From: Alphaproteobacteria bacterium
Lineage (GTDB): Bacteria > Pseudomonadota > Alphaproteobacteria > RF32 > CAG-239
Reading direction: 5' to 3'
DNA: 64,000 bases
Assembly (NCBI GenBank): GCA_045602545.1
Contig: JAZSBR010000036.1
Location: 31,279 to 95,278, forward strand
The notes below the pieces were generated by a model. It had not been told where the DNA came from. It saw only the letters and a list, made by a program, of their open reading frames with translations, and searched no databases. The stretch's first letter is position 1. Each line of letters begins with the position of its first letter. A program made the position numbers and the translations under genes. Below, piece by piece: positions 50,391-59,867 of this stretch.

Positions 50391-51503
50391 TTATTTTTTG
50401 AAGGTAATCACTACAAAATTATCGTTGCCGTCATGAAGCCATTTACTTGCTTCCGCCGGTGTCCAGCGCTTCTTTGAAAAAGGTAATTGAGCATAGCAAT
50501 TTCCGTTATAATCGGCATAACCGCTGGCACAAGTTATATTCCCGCTTTCCGGTAATTCGGCACATTCTGTTCCGGTATGGTAATAACTGACATTTTCGCT
50601 ATCACGAGGTGTGTTAAAACATTCTTTGTGATCATCGGCATCAAAGATAATATTGTTACCGCTGATATAAGAAGCTCTTGCGGCAAATTCTGCTATTTTT
50701 TCTTTGCAAATTTCCTGATTTCCTTTGCATTTGAATGTAACAGTTCCATTATCAGAATTATCATTTAAGGCATCATCGTCCCAACCGCTCATATCAATAG
50801 AATCAGGAATAATAATTTCAATATCACCATACGTACGAAGCGCATCACCATCAGTCCAAACAAGAGAATCAGGAATCTCTAAGGTTCGTAAATTATAAGC
50901 ATCACAAAGTGCAAGATTTCCAAGTTTTTCTATTTTTGGCATATTCACGCTTGTTAAAGCATTAGCAGCTTCAAAAGCATAGGCTCCTAATTCAGTAACG
51001 TTCGGCAATTCCACTGTGGTTAAACTCTGCAAATTATCAAAACACTCATCTTCAATAGTGGTTATATTATTGGTGTTTAGTGTTGTTAAATTAGGGACAT
51101 TATCAAAAGTTTCACGAGCGAGAGCCGTAATATTATCACCAAACTCAATTTCGGTTATTTTTTCTTGTTGGTCTCCCCAAGCAATTTCATTATCGTCATC
51201 ATCGTATACCGAATCGCAGCCGGAAAACTCTCCACTTCCATCGATAATCAGCTTTGTTCCTTCCCAAGTGCAGGTTGTTTCTGCAAAGGCTGTGGACAAG
51301 TTGAGGGAAAGAAGGAAGGCAAGGACTGTCATCTTGAGGGTCGAACGAAGTGAGGGCCCGTAAAGATCTCTTTTTGCAGAGTAACATTGCGTTTTGGCTC
51401 CGTCATTAACAACAGGCTCTACACTTGCTCCGGAGATCTTGACGCCCGCTTCGGGGCTCAAGATGACAGCGGATTCATTTTTTTCATTATTTATATCAAA
51501 CAT
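50391..51503 (-). CDS. secreted BspA-type LRR protein with family C-terminal module (paralog 5)
   Basis: C-terminus KKRWTPAEASKWLHDGNDNFVVITFKK. The N-terminal 57 aa are near-identical to paralog 2 and contain the 144-bp palindromic element. Signal-like MTVLAFLLSLNLSTAFA follows. AGGAG SD before the ATG at 51503. Confidence 0.8.
   Translation of the reverse strand: MFDINNEKNESAVILSPEAGVKISGASVEPVVNDGAKTQCYSAKRDLYGPSLRSTLKMTVLAFLLSLNLSTAFAETTCTWEGTKLIIDGSGEFSGCDSVYDDDDNEIAWGDQQEKITEIEFGDNITALARETFDNVPNLTTLNTNNITTIEDECFDNLQSLTTVELPNVTELGAYAFEAANALTSVNMPKIEKLGNLALCDAYNLRTLEIPDSLVWTDGDALRTYGDIEIIIPDSIDMSGWDDDALNDNSDNGTVTFKCKGNQEICKEKIAEFAARASYISGNNIIFDADDHKECFNTPRDSENVSYYHTGTECAELPESGNITCASGYADYNGNCYAQLPFSKKRWTPAEASKWLHDGNDNFVVITFKK
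51326..51469. mobile_element. second copy of the 144-bp nested-palindrome element, in frame in paralog 5
   Basis: ctgtcatcttgagggtcgaacgaagtgagggcccgtaaagatctc … gagatcttgacgcccgcttcggggctcaagatgacag. Collinear with 11121-11264 apart from a few substitutions. Confidence 0.6.
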
Positions 51504-51828
51504 TTCAGTTCTCCTATTAAAAAAGGTTGTTTTTAAAATTTAAATGCCCTCTGTTTTTACAGTGGGCGGGGAGTTCAGAAATCATACAAGAAGAAATGAC
51601 TGTTAAGATCTTTAGCTATAAGCCTGAACATACACCTTAACCTCCCCATCCAATGCGGGGATTTAAAACCAAAAAAAGCGCCTTCAACCTATACCAAAAA
51701 AGGATAAGCAGAAAAGACACCATTTGGGTATCTTCTTGTAAGAGCCTCTGACAGCCCCGAACCCGAAGGTTCTGAAATGATTTTCATCATTCTGTTCATA
51801 AACTAGCAGAAAAAATAAAAAATGTAAA
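51504..51828 (-). promoter_or_regulatory. class-2 structured leader, copy F, with its promoter
   Basis: Minus strand TTTACA(51828-23)-17 nt-TAGTTT(51805-00). Same conserved blocks as copies D and E. Terminator-like GCCCACUGUAAAAACAGAGGGC (plus 51546-51567) + U-rich tail. Confidence 0.65.
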
Positions 51829-51868
51829 GAAAAAAAATCACAATGGTTTATTATATAACCTTTGCTCA

Positions 51869-52495
51869 TTAGATGGCTTTTAAGAATTCTTTTATCGGGC
51901 GGTAGGATTTGCGATGTTCGGGGGTCACGCCATACTTTTTCAGCCCTTCAATATGTTGTTTTGTGCCGTAACCGGCGTTGTTTTCAAACCCGTAATACGG
52001 ATATTTCTGAGCCATTTCTTTCATTAAATTATCACGATATACTTTTGCTAAAATACTGGCGGCGGAAATGGAATATGACAAAGCATCACCTTTGATTATG
52101 CACTCTGTTTTGCATATAAAATCTTTTGGCAACCTGTTGCCGTCAATAAGCGCAAAATCCGGTTTTGTTTTCAAATTTTCAACCGCGCGTTTCATCGCTA
52201 AAAATGTTGCCTGCAAAATATTCAATTCATCAATCTCAGCAGAGCTTGCCAGACCTATACCATAAGTCAATTTTCCGGATTTTTCTTCCGCTATGAGCAA
52301 ATCATAAAGCCACTCACGTTTTTTAGCGGAAAGCTTTTTGGAATCATTTAAGTTATTTAAGATTTCGGGATTTATATCGCGCGTTAAAAAAATTACGGCG
52401 CCGGCAACAACCGGCCCCACCCAAGGACCGCGTCCGGCTTCATCAATTCCGCAAACAAAACCACTAAATTTGTTTTCAAAATTCCAGTCAGGCAT
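51869..52495 (-). CDS. rnhB: ribonuclease HII
   Basis: …CGIDEAGRGPWVGPVVAGAV…, …DSKKLS…, …GYGT.QH…. Confidence 0.92.
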   Translation of the reverse strand: MPDWNFENKFSGFVCGIDEAGRGPWVGPVVAGAVIFLTRDINPEILNNLNDSKKLSAKKREWLYDLLIAEEKSGKLTYGIGLASSAEIDELNILQATFLAMKRAVENLKTKPDFALIDGNRLPKDFICKTECIIKGDALSYSISAASILAKVYRDNLMKEMAQKYPYYGFENNAGYGTKQHIEGLKKYGVTPEHRKSYRPIKEFLKAI

Positions 52496-52783
52496 AACTT
52501 ATTCTCCTCTTTCGCATTTTTATAATAAAATCATATATTTACAAACAAAAAAGCATGGTTACCGACAATTTTTTTTCTAACCTTTTGTATAAACAATATA
52601 AAAAATGCCAGATGTCCGGCGCTGAACAATAGTTTTTCTTGATAAAAATATTTTAAGGCTTATTTCCTAAGGTGAGGGGGAGCATAAGTGATGATATATC
52701 ACTTGAGGGATTAACAAAAAAAAGAGGTGAAGAGGTAAAAAAACAAAAACAGCTCCCCTTCGTCTTTGTTAAAGGAGGAAAAA

Positions 52784-53254
52784 ATGACAAGAAATTCGCG
52801 AAGATGGCTGTTTGGTGCTCTGTTGGCTTTTTTGATAGAAATTCCGATTTATTCCGGACTTTCGCAATATAACAATTTTTCAACCGCCAACGATTTTATA
52901 AACCAATATGTAACGGAAAATCCTCAAAGCGCAGATAAGCCGTTTATCTTTTTGTTTTATAATAATATGCCTTGTGAGATGTGTCCGCAAACAATGGCGG
53001 CAATTTATGGTTTGATAGAAGAAAAATATCCGGATAAGGTTAATTTGTTTGAAATAGATTATGCCGAACCGGGAGAATTTAATTTTGAAATTGACTATAT
53101 GCTTGATCAACCGCTGACAATGGTAATGGTCCCGATGGCAAACGGACAGCCGATGCCCTATGAAAAAATTGAAAATCCGCAATTATTCTTTGGCGATTCA
53201 TACTATTTCACAAACCAAATATGTAATGCCATTGATAACCTTTTTTTAATTTAA
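52784..53254 (+). CDS. thioredoxin-fold protein with CxxC (CEMC), membrane-anchored or secreted
   Basis: ATG at 52784 after AGGAGG. MTRNSRRWLFGALLAFLIEIPIYSG then …FIFLFYNNMPCEMCPQTMAAIYGLIEEKYPDKVNLFEIDY…. Confidence 0.5.
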   Translation: MTRNSRRWLFGALLAFLIEIPIYSGLSQYNNFSTANDFINQYVTENPQSADKPFIFLFYNNMPCEMCPQTMAAIYGLIEEKYPDKVNLFEIDYAEPGEFNFEIDYMLDQPLTMVMVPMANGQPMPYEKIENPQLFFGDSYYFTNQICNAIDNLFLI

Positions 53255-53321
53255 TCTTATAAAAAAATTTACCATTTTTGATTATTATAAACACGGTCAT
53301 AAACAAAATGCTGTGTGTGAA

Positions 53322-54149
53322 ATGGTAAAGTTTTTAAATCATATTTCTCGGATAAAAGACGATTTTGATTGCGTTATTTGCGGTACAAACGGAGTAATTT
53401 CCGACGGGAAAAATGTTTATCCGGAGGCAGTGGATGCTTTAAACAGGCTCTATCTTGAGGGCAAAAAAATAGTTCTGGCAACAAATCTCGGCTTGAGAGT
53501 TTATGAACTTTTTGAATTTTTACATAAAGCTCATTTTCCGATGCATATTTTTTCGGCAATGATTACAGCCGGAGAACTTGCTCATTATTCTCTCAAAAAA
53601 CATGATGATTTGGGAAAATTTTATTATCCGCTGGTGCAAAATGACGGCGGAATTATGCAAGGCCTGAAATATCAAAAATCAGACAGCATTGTTTTAGCCG
53701 ATTTTATTTTAGCGGAAACAACCATTGATAAATTTGATTTTGAAGCCAATTTGCAAATTTTGGAGCAGGCGTTGAGATTAAATTTGCCGATGGTTTGTGT
53801 CGGTAATAATACCATGATGATGGGCGAAAACGGAGTGCAAAACAGTGTGGGAAGCCTTGCCGAACAATATGCTTTGATGGGCGGAAAAATCATTACTTTC
53901 GGCAAACCTGATGTGCGTATTGCCAAATATCTGGTGGAACAAATAAAAGATATTGCGCCGGAAAGATGTTTGGTGATTGGTGATAATATGGCAACCGATA
54001 TGAAAATGGGCAAGCTTTTTAAGGCACAAACAATGCTTATTTGCTCCGGTGTGCATCAGATTGAATTTAGTGATGCTAAAACTCTTGACGATTTGGTTCA
54101 AAATTTCGGTTTTGATGTTGATTATGCTATGGAGTGCTTAAAATGCTGA
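53322..54149 (+). CDS. HAD-superfamily hydrolase, subfamily IIA-like (second paralog)
   Basis: …DCVICGTNGVISDGKNVYPEAVDALNRLYLEGKKIVLATN…, …LVIGDNMATDMKMG…. The start (ATG 53322 versus GTG 53313) is uncertain. Confidence 0.6.
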   Translation: MVKFLNHISRIKDDFDCVICGTNGVISDGKNVYPEAVDALNRLYLEGKKIVLATNLGLRVYELFEFLHKAHFPMHIFSAMITAGELAHYSLKKHDDLGKFYYPLVQNDGGIMQGLKYQKSDSIVLADFILAETTIDKFDFEANLQILEQALRLNLPMVCVGNNTMMMGENGVQNSVGSLAEQYALMGGKIITFGKPDVRIAKYLVEQIKDIAPERCLVIGDNMATDMKMGKLFKAQTMLICSGVHQIEFSDAKTLDDLVQNFGFDVDYAMECLKC

Positions 54150-54748
54150 AAGATTGGATGAGAGATCATGACTTGGATAAAATTTTTTGGCGCATTGTTT
54201 GCGTTTTGATTTTGATGTTTGCCTTTAATATCAAGGTGGTTAATTTGTCCTCTGATCAGGCAAAAAATGTTCTTGATTATAAGCGCGAACACTACACCAA
54301 GGAATTAAATGAATATGAATTAAGCGACTTTATTAAGCTTTATCCGAAGTTTAAAAATGATGAAATTTTCAAAAATAAAGATATTGATGCTATTGCCGAA
54401 AATCCGGAAAATGCCGATTGGATTACAAAACGTTGGTTTAATTATCAGGCTTGGGATATTCAGCGCTTCTTTTATGTTAAAAATCGCTCTATTGAGGCTT
54501 TGGAAATTATAAAAAAGCAAAAGGAAGCTTCCGGTTTTATCAGTCAGTTGGAAAATCGCGTTAATCAAAATATTAAAGACGCCGAAGATAAGAAAAATAA
54601 AAAAGAAAATCTTAAAAAAAAATATGATATCGCCAAGCAAGTTTTGGATATTCATAAAAAACAAGCTGAAGACAACGGAGATTTCACGGCTGAGGAATTG
54701 CGTCTTGTGGAGAAAAAAGCTGAGGAATTGAAAAAAATATTAAATTAA
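54143..54748 (+). CDS. hypothetical membrane-anchored Lys/Glu-rich protein
   Basis: ATG at 54143 lies 8 nt after GGAG and overlaps the upstream stop (ATGCTGA). One TM (IFWRIVCVLILMFAF), charged coiled-coil C-terminus. No family recognised. Confidence 0.5.
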   Translation: MLKDWMRDHDLDKIFWRIVCVLILMFAFNIKVVNLSSDQAKNVLDYKREHYTKELNEYELSDFIKLYPKFKNDEIFKNKDIDAIAENPENADWITKRWFNYQAWDIQRFFYVKNRSIEALEIIKKQKEASGFISQLENRVNQNIKDAEDKKNKKENLKKKYDIAKQVLDIHKKQAEDNGDFTAEELRLVEKKAEELKKILN

Positions 54749-54828
54749 AACAAACAGGCGATTTTTTGAAATTTAAGCGCTGTTGTTAAGAAAATTATAA
54801 CCTTATGAGAATAATAATCAAAAGATGA

Positions 54829-55932
<1,104 letters not shown>

Positions 55933-55937
55933 CAAAC

Positions 55938-57059
55938 TTGTGGTTTAAGAATAAGCGCAATAATCATCGTAATAAAGAACAAAAGCCGATTGATAAAAAA
56001 CAGGAAAACGGCTTGAATGATGGTTATTATGCGGCTATTGACTTAGGCACAAATTCTTGTCGTCTGGTTGTTGCACAACCGACCCCTTCATCATTTAAAC
56101 TGGTGGAAACATTTTCTAAAGTGACGCGTTTAGGTGAGGGAATAATTAATGGAAACACGCTTTCAAAACCGGCAATAAGACGTACAATCTCCGCCTTAAA
56201 AGTTTGCAGTGCCATAATGGAAGAATATCAACCGATGATACGTTCTCGTTTTGTGGCAACAGCTGCTTGCAGGCGCGCGCTTAATTGCAACGAATTTGAA
56301 CAGGCTGTTAAAAAAGAAACAAAGCTCAATATGGAAGTTATCTCTTCCAAAGAAGAAGCCAGACTTGCGGTTGTGGGTTGCATGCCGTTATTGAATCGCA
56401 CCATAAAACGCGCACTGGTTTTTGATATCGGCGGAGGTTCAACGGAAATATCGCTTGCCCGTATAACAGAAAGCGGAAAGACTTTTATTGAGGGATTCGT
56501 ATCGCTTCCTTATGGAGTGGTTACGATTTCGGAGGCTTTCCCGGCAAGGGAAATGACTAAGCTTGCTTATGATACAATTGTTGAACGCACTCATAAAATA
56601 TTGCAGGAATTTGAAGAAAAAAATCATATCAGCGAAGCTATCAAAAATCAGGAAATTCAAGTTATCGGAACATCAGGAACAGTGACCGTTTTGGGTGCCG
56701 TGCATTTGGGGCTCCCGCGCTATAATCGTGCGGCGGTTGATGGAGTTTCCGTTTCCGGTGATGATATGGAAAAAGTTATAAAGCGCATTAAAAATATGGG
56801 GTATGAAGGGCGTTGCAAACATTCTTGCATCGGTAAAACAAAAGCTGATTTAACTATTTCGGGATGCGCAATTGTTGAAGCTTTGTGTACTTTTTGGCCG
56901 ATTTCGGAAATTACTATCGCCGATAGAGGTATCAGAGAAGGAATTTTGCTTGATATGATGCATCACCAAAAAAATAACTATTTCCACCCTTATGGGAAAA
57001 GACGTCGTTTCAAAAGGAGAAATTTTAAGAATGAACAACAAAAATCTGGCGGCGATTGA
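55938..57059 (+). CDS. Ppx/GppA-family phosphatase (copy 1)
   Basis: TTG start 8 nt after GGAGAA. YAAIDLGTNSCRLVVAQP…, …VFDIGGGSTEISL…. Basic tail GKRRRFKRRNFKNEQQKSGGD. Confidence 0.8.
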   Translation: MWFKNKRNNHRNKEQKPIDKKQENGLNDGYYAAIDLGTNSCRLVVAQPTPSSFKLVETFSKVTRLGEGIINGNTLSKPAIRRTISALKVCSAIMEEYQPMIRSRFVATAACRRALNCNEFEQAVKKETKLNMEVISSKEEARLAVVGCMPLLNRTIKRALVFDIGGGSTEISLARITESGKTFIEGFVSLPYGVVTISEAFPAREMTKLAYDTIVERTHKILQEFEEKNHISEAIKNQEIQVIGTSGTVTVLGAVHLGLPRYNRAAVDGVSVSGDDMEKVIKRIKNMGYEGRCKHSCIGKTKADLTISGCAIVEALCTFWPISEITIADRGIREGILLDMMHHQKNNYFHPYGKRRRFKRRNFKNEQQKSGGD

Positions 57060-58029
57060 TTTAGGCACAAATTCTTGCCGACTTAAAATTACCGATGAAA
57101 ACGGAAATCTTATTTATCGTGAAGCCGTGACAACCAAGCTTGGCGAAGGTATGATGAAAAATATGCGCTTTACCGATGAAGCATTGGAGCGCGGGCTTAA
57201 TTGTCTTAATCATTATGCTGAGTTGATGAAAGATTATAATGTCGGGAACTATCGTGCGATTGCTACGGCTTCGTGTCGTATGGCGAAAAACGGGCAACAA
57301 TTTGTGAAAATGGTTGAAGAATTGAGCGGCATAAAATTAGATATTGTTTCCGAGCAGGAAGAAGCGTTGCTTAACTTGAGAGGAGCGTCATTAAATGCCA
57401 GAAAAGATGCTGAAACTATTTTTGTTTATGATTTGGGCGGAGGTTCAACAGAACTGACACTTGCTTTGAATAGCAGTGAGCCGAAAGCTTTATACACGAT
57501 TTCAATTCCCTGGGGTGCGCGAAATGCTTCGGAATATTTTGATTTGTGTGAATATGACGAGCAAAAGGCTTTGCCTTTGAAAAAAGAAATTGGAAAATAT
57601 ACGCGCGATTTTATGATTAGCTCGGAATTTTTACAATATCTGCCGAAGTGCTGTGCGATCGCAACCTCAAGCACACCGTTACGATTGATGAATATGATTA
57701 AGAATACCGAAAGTTATGACAAAGATTTTGCTGACGGATTAAGCGCGCCAACCGAAAAATTTGATGAACAAATTGAAAAAATTTATCAATCAAATTTAGT
57801 GGAATTAATGAAAAATCCGCATATCGGAGAAAACAGAGCGCCGATTATTGTTGCAGCGAGTGTTATCTTCCAGACGATTTATAAAACCCTGCAAATAAAA
57901 GAATTAACCTCATCACTTAAAGGGGCGCAAGAAGCAATTATCTCTGATTTGGTAAAGGAAAATAAAGCAAATGGTAAAATTAACGAAATCAGCCAAAGAA
58001 GTGCGCGGTCGCAAAACCTTGACCGTTAA
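57031..58029 (+). CDS. Ppx/GppA-family phosphatase (copy 2)
   Basis: MNNKNLAAIDLGTNSCRLKITDENGN…, …VYDLGGGSTELTL…. ATG at 57031 after AGGAGA. Overlaps copy 1 by 29 nt. Confidence 0.8.
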   Translation: MNNKNLAAIDLGTNSCRLKITDENGNLIYREAVTTKLGEGMMKNMRFTDEALERGLNCLNHYAELMKDYNVGNYRAIATASCRMAKNGQQFVKMVEELSGIKLDIVSEQEEALLNLRGASLNARKDAETIFVYDLGGGSTELTLALNSSEPKALYTISIPWGARNASEYFDLCEYDEQKALPLKKEIGKYTRDFMISSEFLQYLPKCCAIATSSTPLRLMNMIKNTESYDKDFADGLSAPTEKFDEQIEKIYQSNLVELMKNPHIGENRAPIIVAASVIFQTIYKTLQIKELTSSLKGAQEAIISDLVKENKANGKINEISQRSARSQNLDR

Positions 58030-58672
58030 AGTAAAAACGGCAAAATATAATAAGCCTTCATCAAACCGTTGGTTGCAACGCCAACTTAATGATCCGTATG
58101 TTGCCGAATCAAAACGTTTGGGATATCGCTCGCGTGCTGCATTCAAGCTTATTCAATTAGATGAAAAATATCACTTTTTGGGCAAAGGAAAAACAATTGT
58201 TGACTTGGGTTGCGCTCCCGGCGGATGGACGCAGGTTGCCGCTCAAAAAAACAAAGGAGCAGGGCAAATTGTGGGGCTTGATTTGTTGCCGACCGAAGAA
58301 ATTAAAGGCGCAATTTTGTTGCAACAGGATTTTACCGAACAAAGTACGCCGGAAAAAATTAAAGCACTTCTTAACGGACCGGCTGATGTGGTGATGAGTG
58401 ATATGGCGGCAAATACCACCGGACACCAGCAAACAGACCATTTGCGCACCATTCATCTGGTTGAACTGGCATACGAATTTGCCAAAGAAATTTTGGTTGA
58501 AGGCGGAATTTTCATAGCTAAAGTTTTTCAAGGCGGTACGGAAGGCGAGCTTCTAAATGATATGAAAAAGAATTTTGCCAAAGTTACGCATTATAAGCCT
58601 GATGCCAGCCGGCAGGATTCGGTTGAAATATATGTTGTGGCGCAAGGTTTTAAGGGCGCAAATAAAGATTAG
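57971..58672 (+). CDS. rlmE: 23S rRNA (uridine2552-2'-O)-methyltransferase RlmE/FtsJ
   Basis: …WLQRQLNDPYVAESKRLGYRSRAAFKLIQLDEKYHFL…VDLGCAPGGWTQVA…VMSDMAANTTG…. Confidence 0.9.
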   Translation: MVKLTKSAKEVRGRKTLTVKVKTAKYNKPSSNRWLQRQLNDPYVAESKRLGYRSRAAFKLIQLDEKYHFLGKGKTIVDLGCAPGGWTQVAAQKNKGAGQIVGLDLLPTEEIKGAILLQQDFTEQSTPEKIKALLNGPADVVMSDMAANTTGHQQTDHLRTIHLVELAYEFAKEILVEGGIFIAKVFQGGTEGELLNDMKKNFAKVTHYKPDASRQDSVEIYVVAQGFKGANKD

Positions 58673-58709
58673 CCGAATAATAAATAAGGTTTTAAGTTTT
58701 CTTTTTTGC

Positions 58710-59015
58710 TTTACATTTTTAATTTTTTCTGCTAGCATAAAAGAAGAATGATGAAAATCATTTCAGAACCTTCGGGTTCGGGGCTGTAGCAGGCTCTATA
58801 TTGTTGGTGATACGTTAAAAGGGTATCACTTGGTGATACTTTTTTTTGTATCTAAAATCCCCACTTTGGATGGGGAGATTATGACGTATGTACAGGCTTT
58901 TTTTAAAGCTAAAGGTTATAATAGTCATTGCCAACAATATGATTTGCTAACTCCCCGCCCGCTGTAAAACAGAGGGCTTTTGAATTTTTAAACTGTTTTA
59001 AGAAAGGACAATGAT
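58710..59015 (+). promoter_or_regulatory. class-2 structured leader, copy D, with its promoter
   Basis: TTTACA(58710-15)-17 nt-TAGCAT(58733-38). Conserved blocks as in copies E and F. Terminator-like GCCCGCUGUAAAACAGAGGGC (58957-77) + UUUUGAAUUUUU. Confidence 0.7.
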
Positions 59016-59867
59016 ATGAAAAAACTAATTTTATTAACGAGTGTAGCTATATTGTGCTTATTAAATGTATCCGAATCATCGGCAGATGATGAAATAAACT
59101 GTCTAACCGGACAACAATCATGCGGAACAAATTGTTGCTGGTCGGTGGAAAATAAAAAGCTGACTATAACCGGCGGTGCCGACGGTTCCATCGGTACTAT
59201 GGATGATTACGATAATGCTTCTGGAGGAGAAGGACACAATACTCAATGGACAGGTCTAGATATAAGAGCAATTTATGTGTCAGGTTTGGAAAATATTGGG
59301 ATTCAAGCATTCCGAGATTTAAAAAAAGTCACAAATATAACCATAGGCGATTCGGTCGAGCGTGTTAGTAATGCTGCGTTTGATAATGATTATATGTTGC
59401 AATATGTTGATTTTGGTGATGCTGTAATAAGCATTGGAGAATATGTTCTCCAAGATACTCCGAGACTCATACAAATCATTGTCCCTGATACCTTGAATGA
59501 TATAGCTCTGCAATCTTTCGGGAATGGAGATCTTGTCGGAAGAAATATTCAAATAATCTGTCGTGGAGATAAAGTGTCTTGTTCGAATATTTATGAAAAA
59601 CTGTCTGAATATTCATCTAAAAAAGGACAAACATATGACGCAACAAGTCAATTGTTTTACGCAAATTATGAGCAGTGTGCCTCAACAAGCTATTTTTGGG
59701 ATGGAGCAAAATGCGTGCGTGAGCCGGATTTAAGCAAACGCAAGTGTTGCTCATCATGCAAAGATATGGGAGGATGGTGCAATCGCATTCAATATACCCC
59801 TGCAGAAGCCGCACCGTTGTTGCATAACGACAACACAAATGAAGTGACGATTACTTTCAAGAAGTGA
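59016..59867 (+). CDS. secreted BspA-type LRR protein with family C-terminal module (paralog 6)
   Basis: Signal peptide MKKLILLTSVAILCLLNVSESSA, LRR_5-like units, C-terminus NRIQYTPAEAAPLLHNDNTNEVTITFKK. Confidence 0.85.
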   Translation: MKKLILLTSVAILCLLNVSESSADDEINCLTGQQSCGTNCCWSVENKKLTITGGADGSIGTMDDYDNASGGEGHNTQWTGLDIRAIYVSGLENIGIQAFRDLKKVTNITIGDSVERVSNAAFDNDYMLQYVDFGDAVISIGEYVLQDTPRLIQIIVPDTLNDIALQSFGNGDLVGRNIQIICRGDKVSCSNIYEKLSEYSSKKGQTYDATSQLFYANYEQCASTSYFWDGAKCVREPDLSKRKCCSSCKDMGGWCNRIQYTPAEAAPLLHNDNTNEVTITFKK

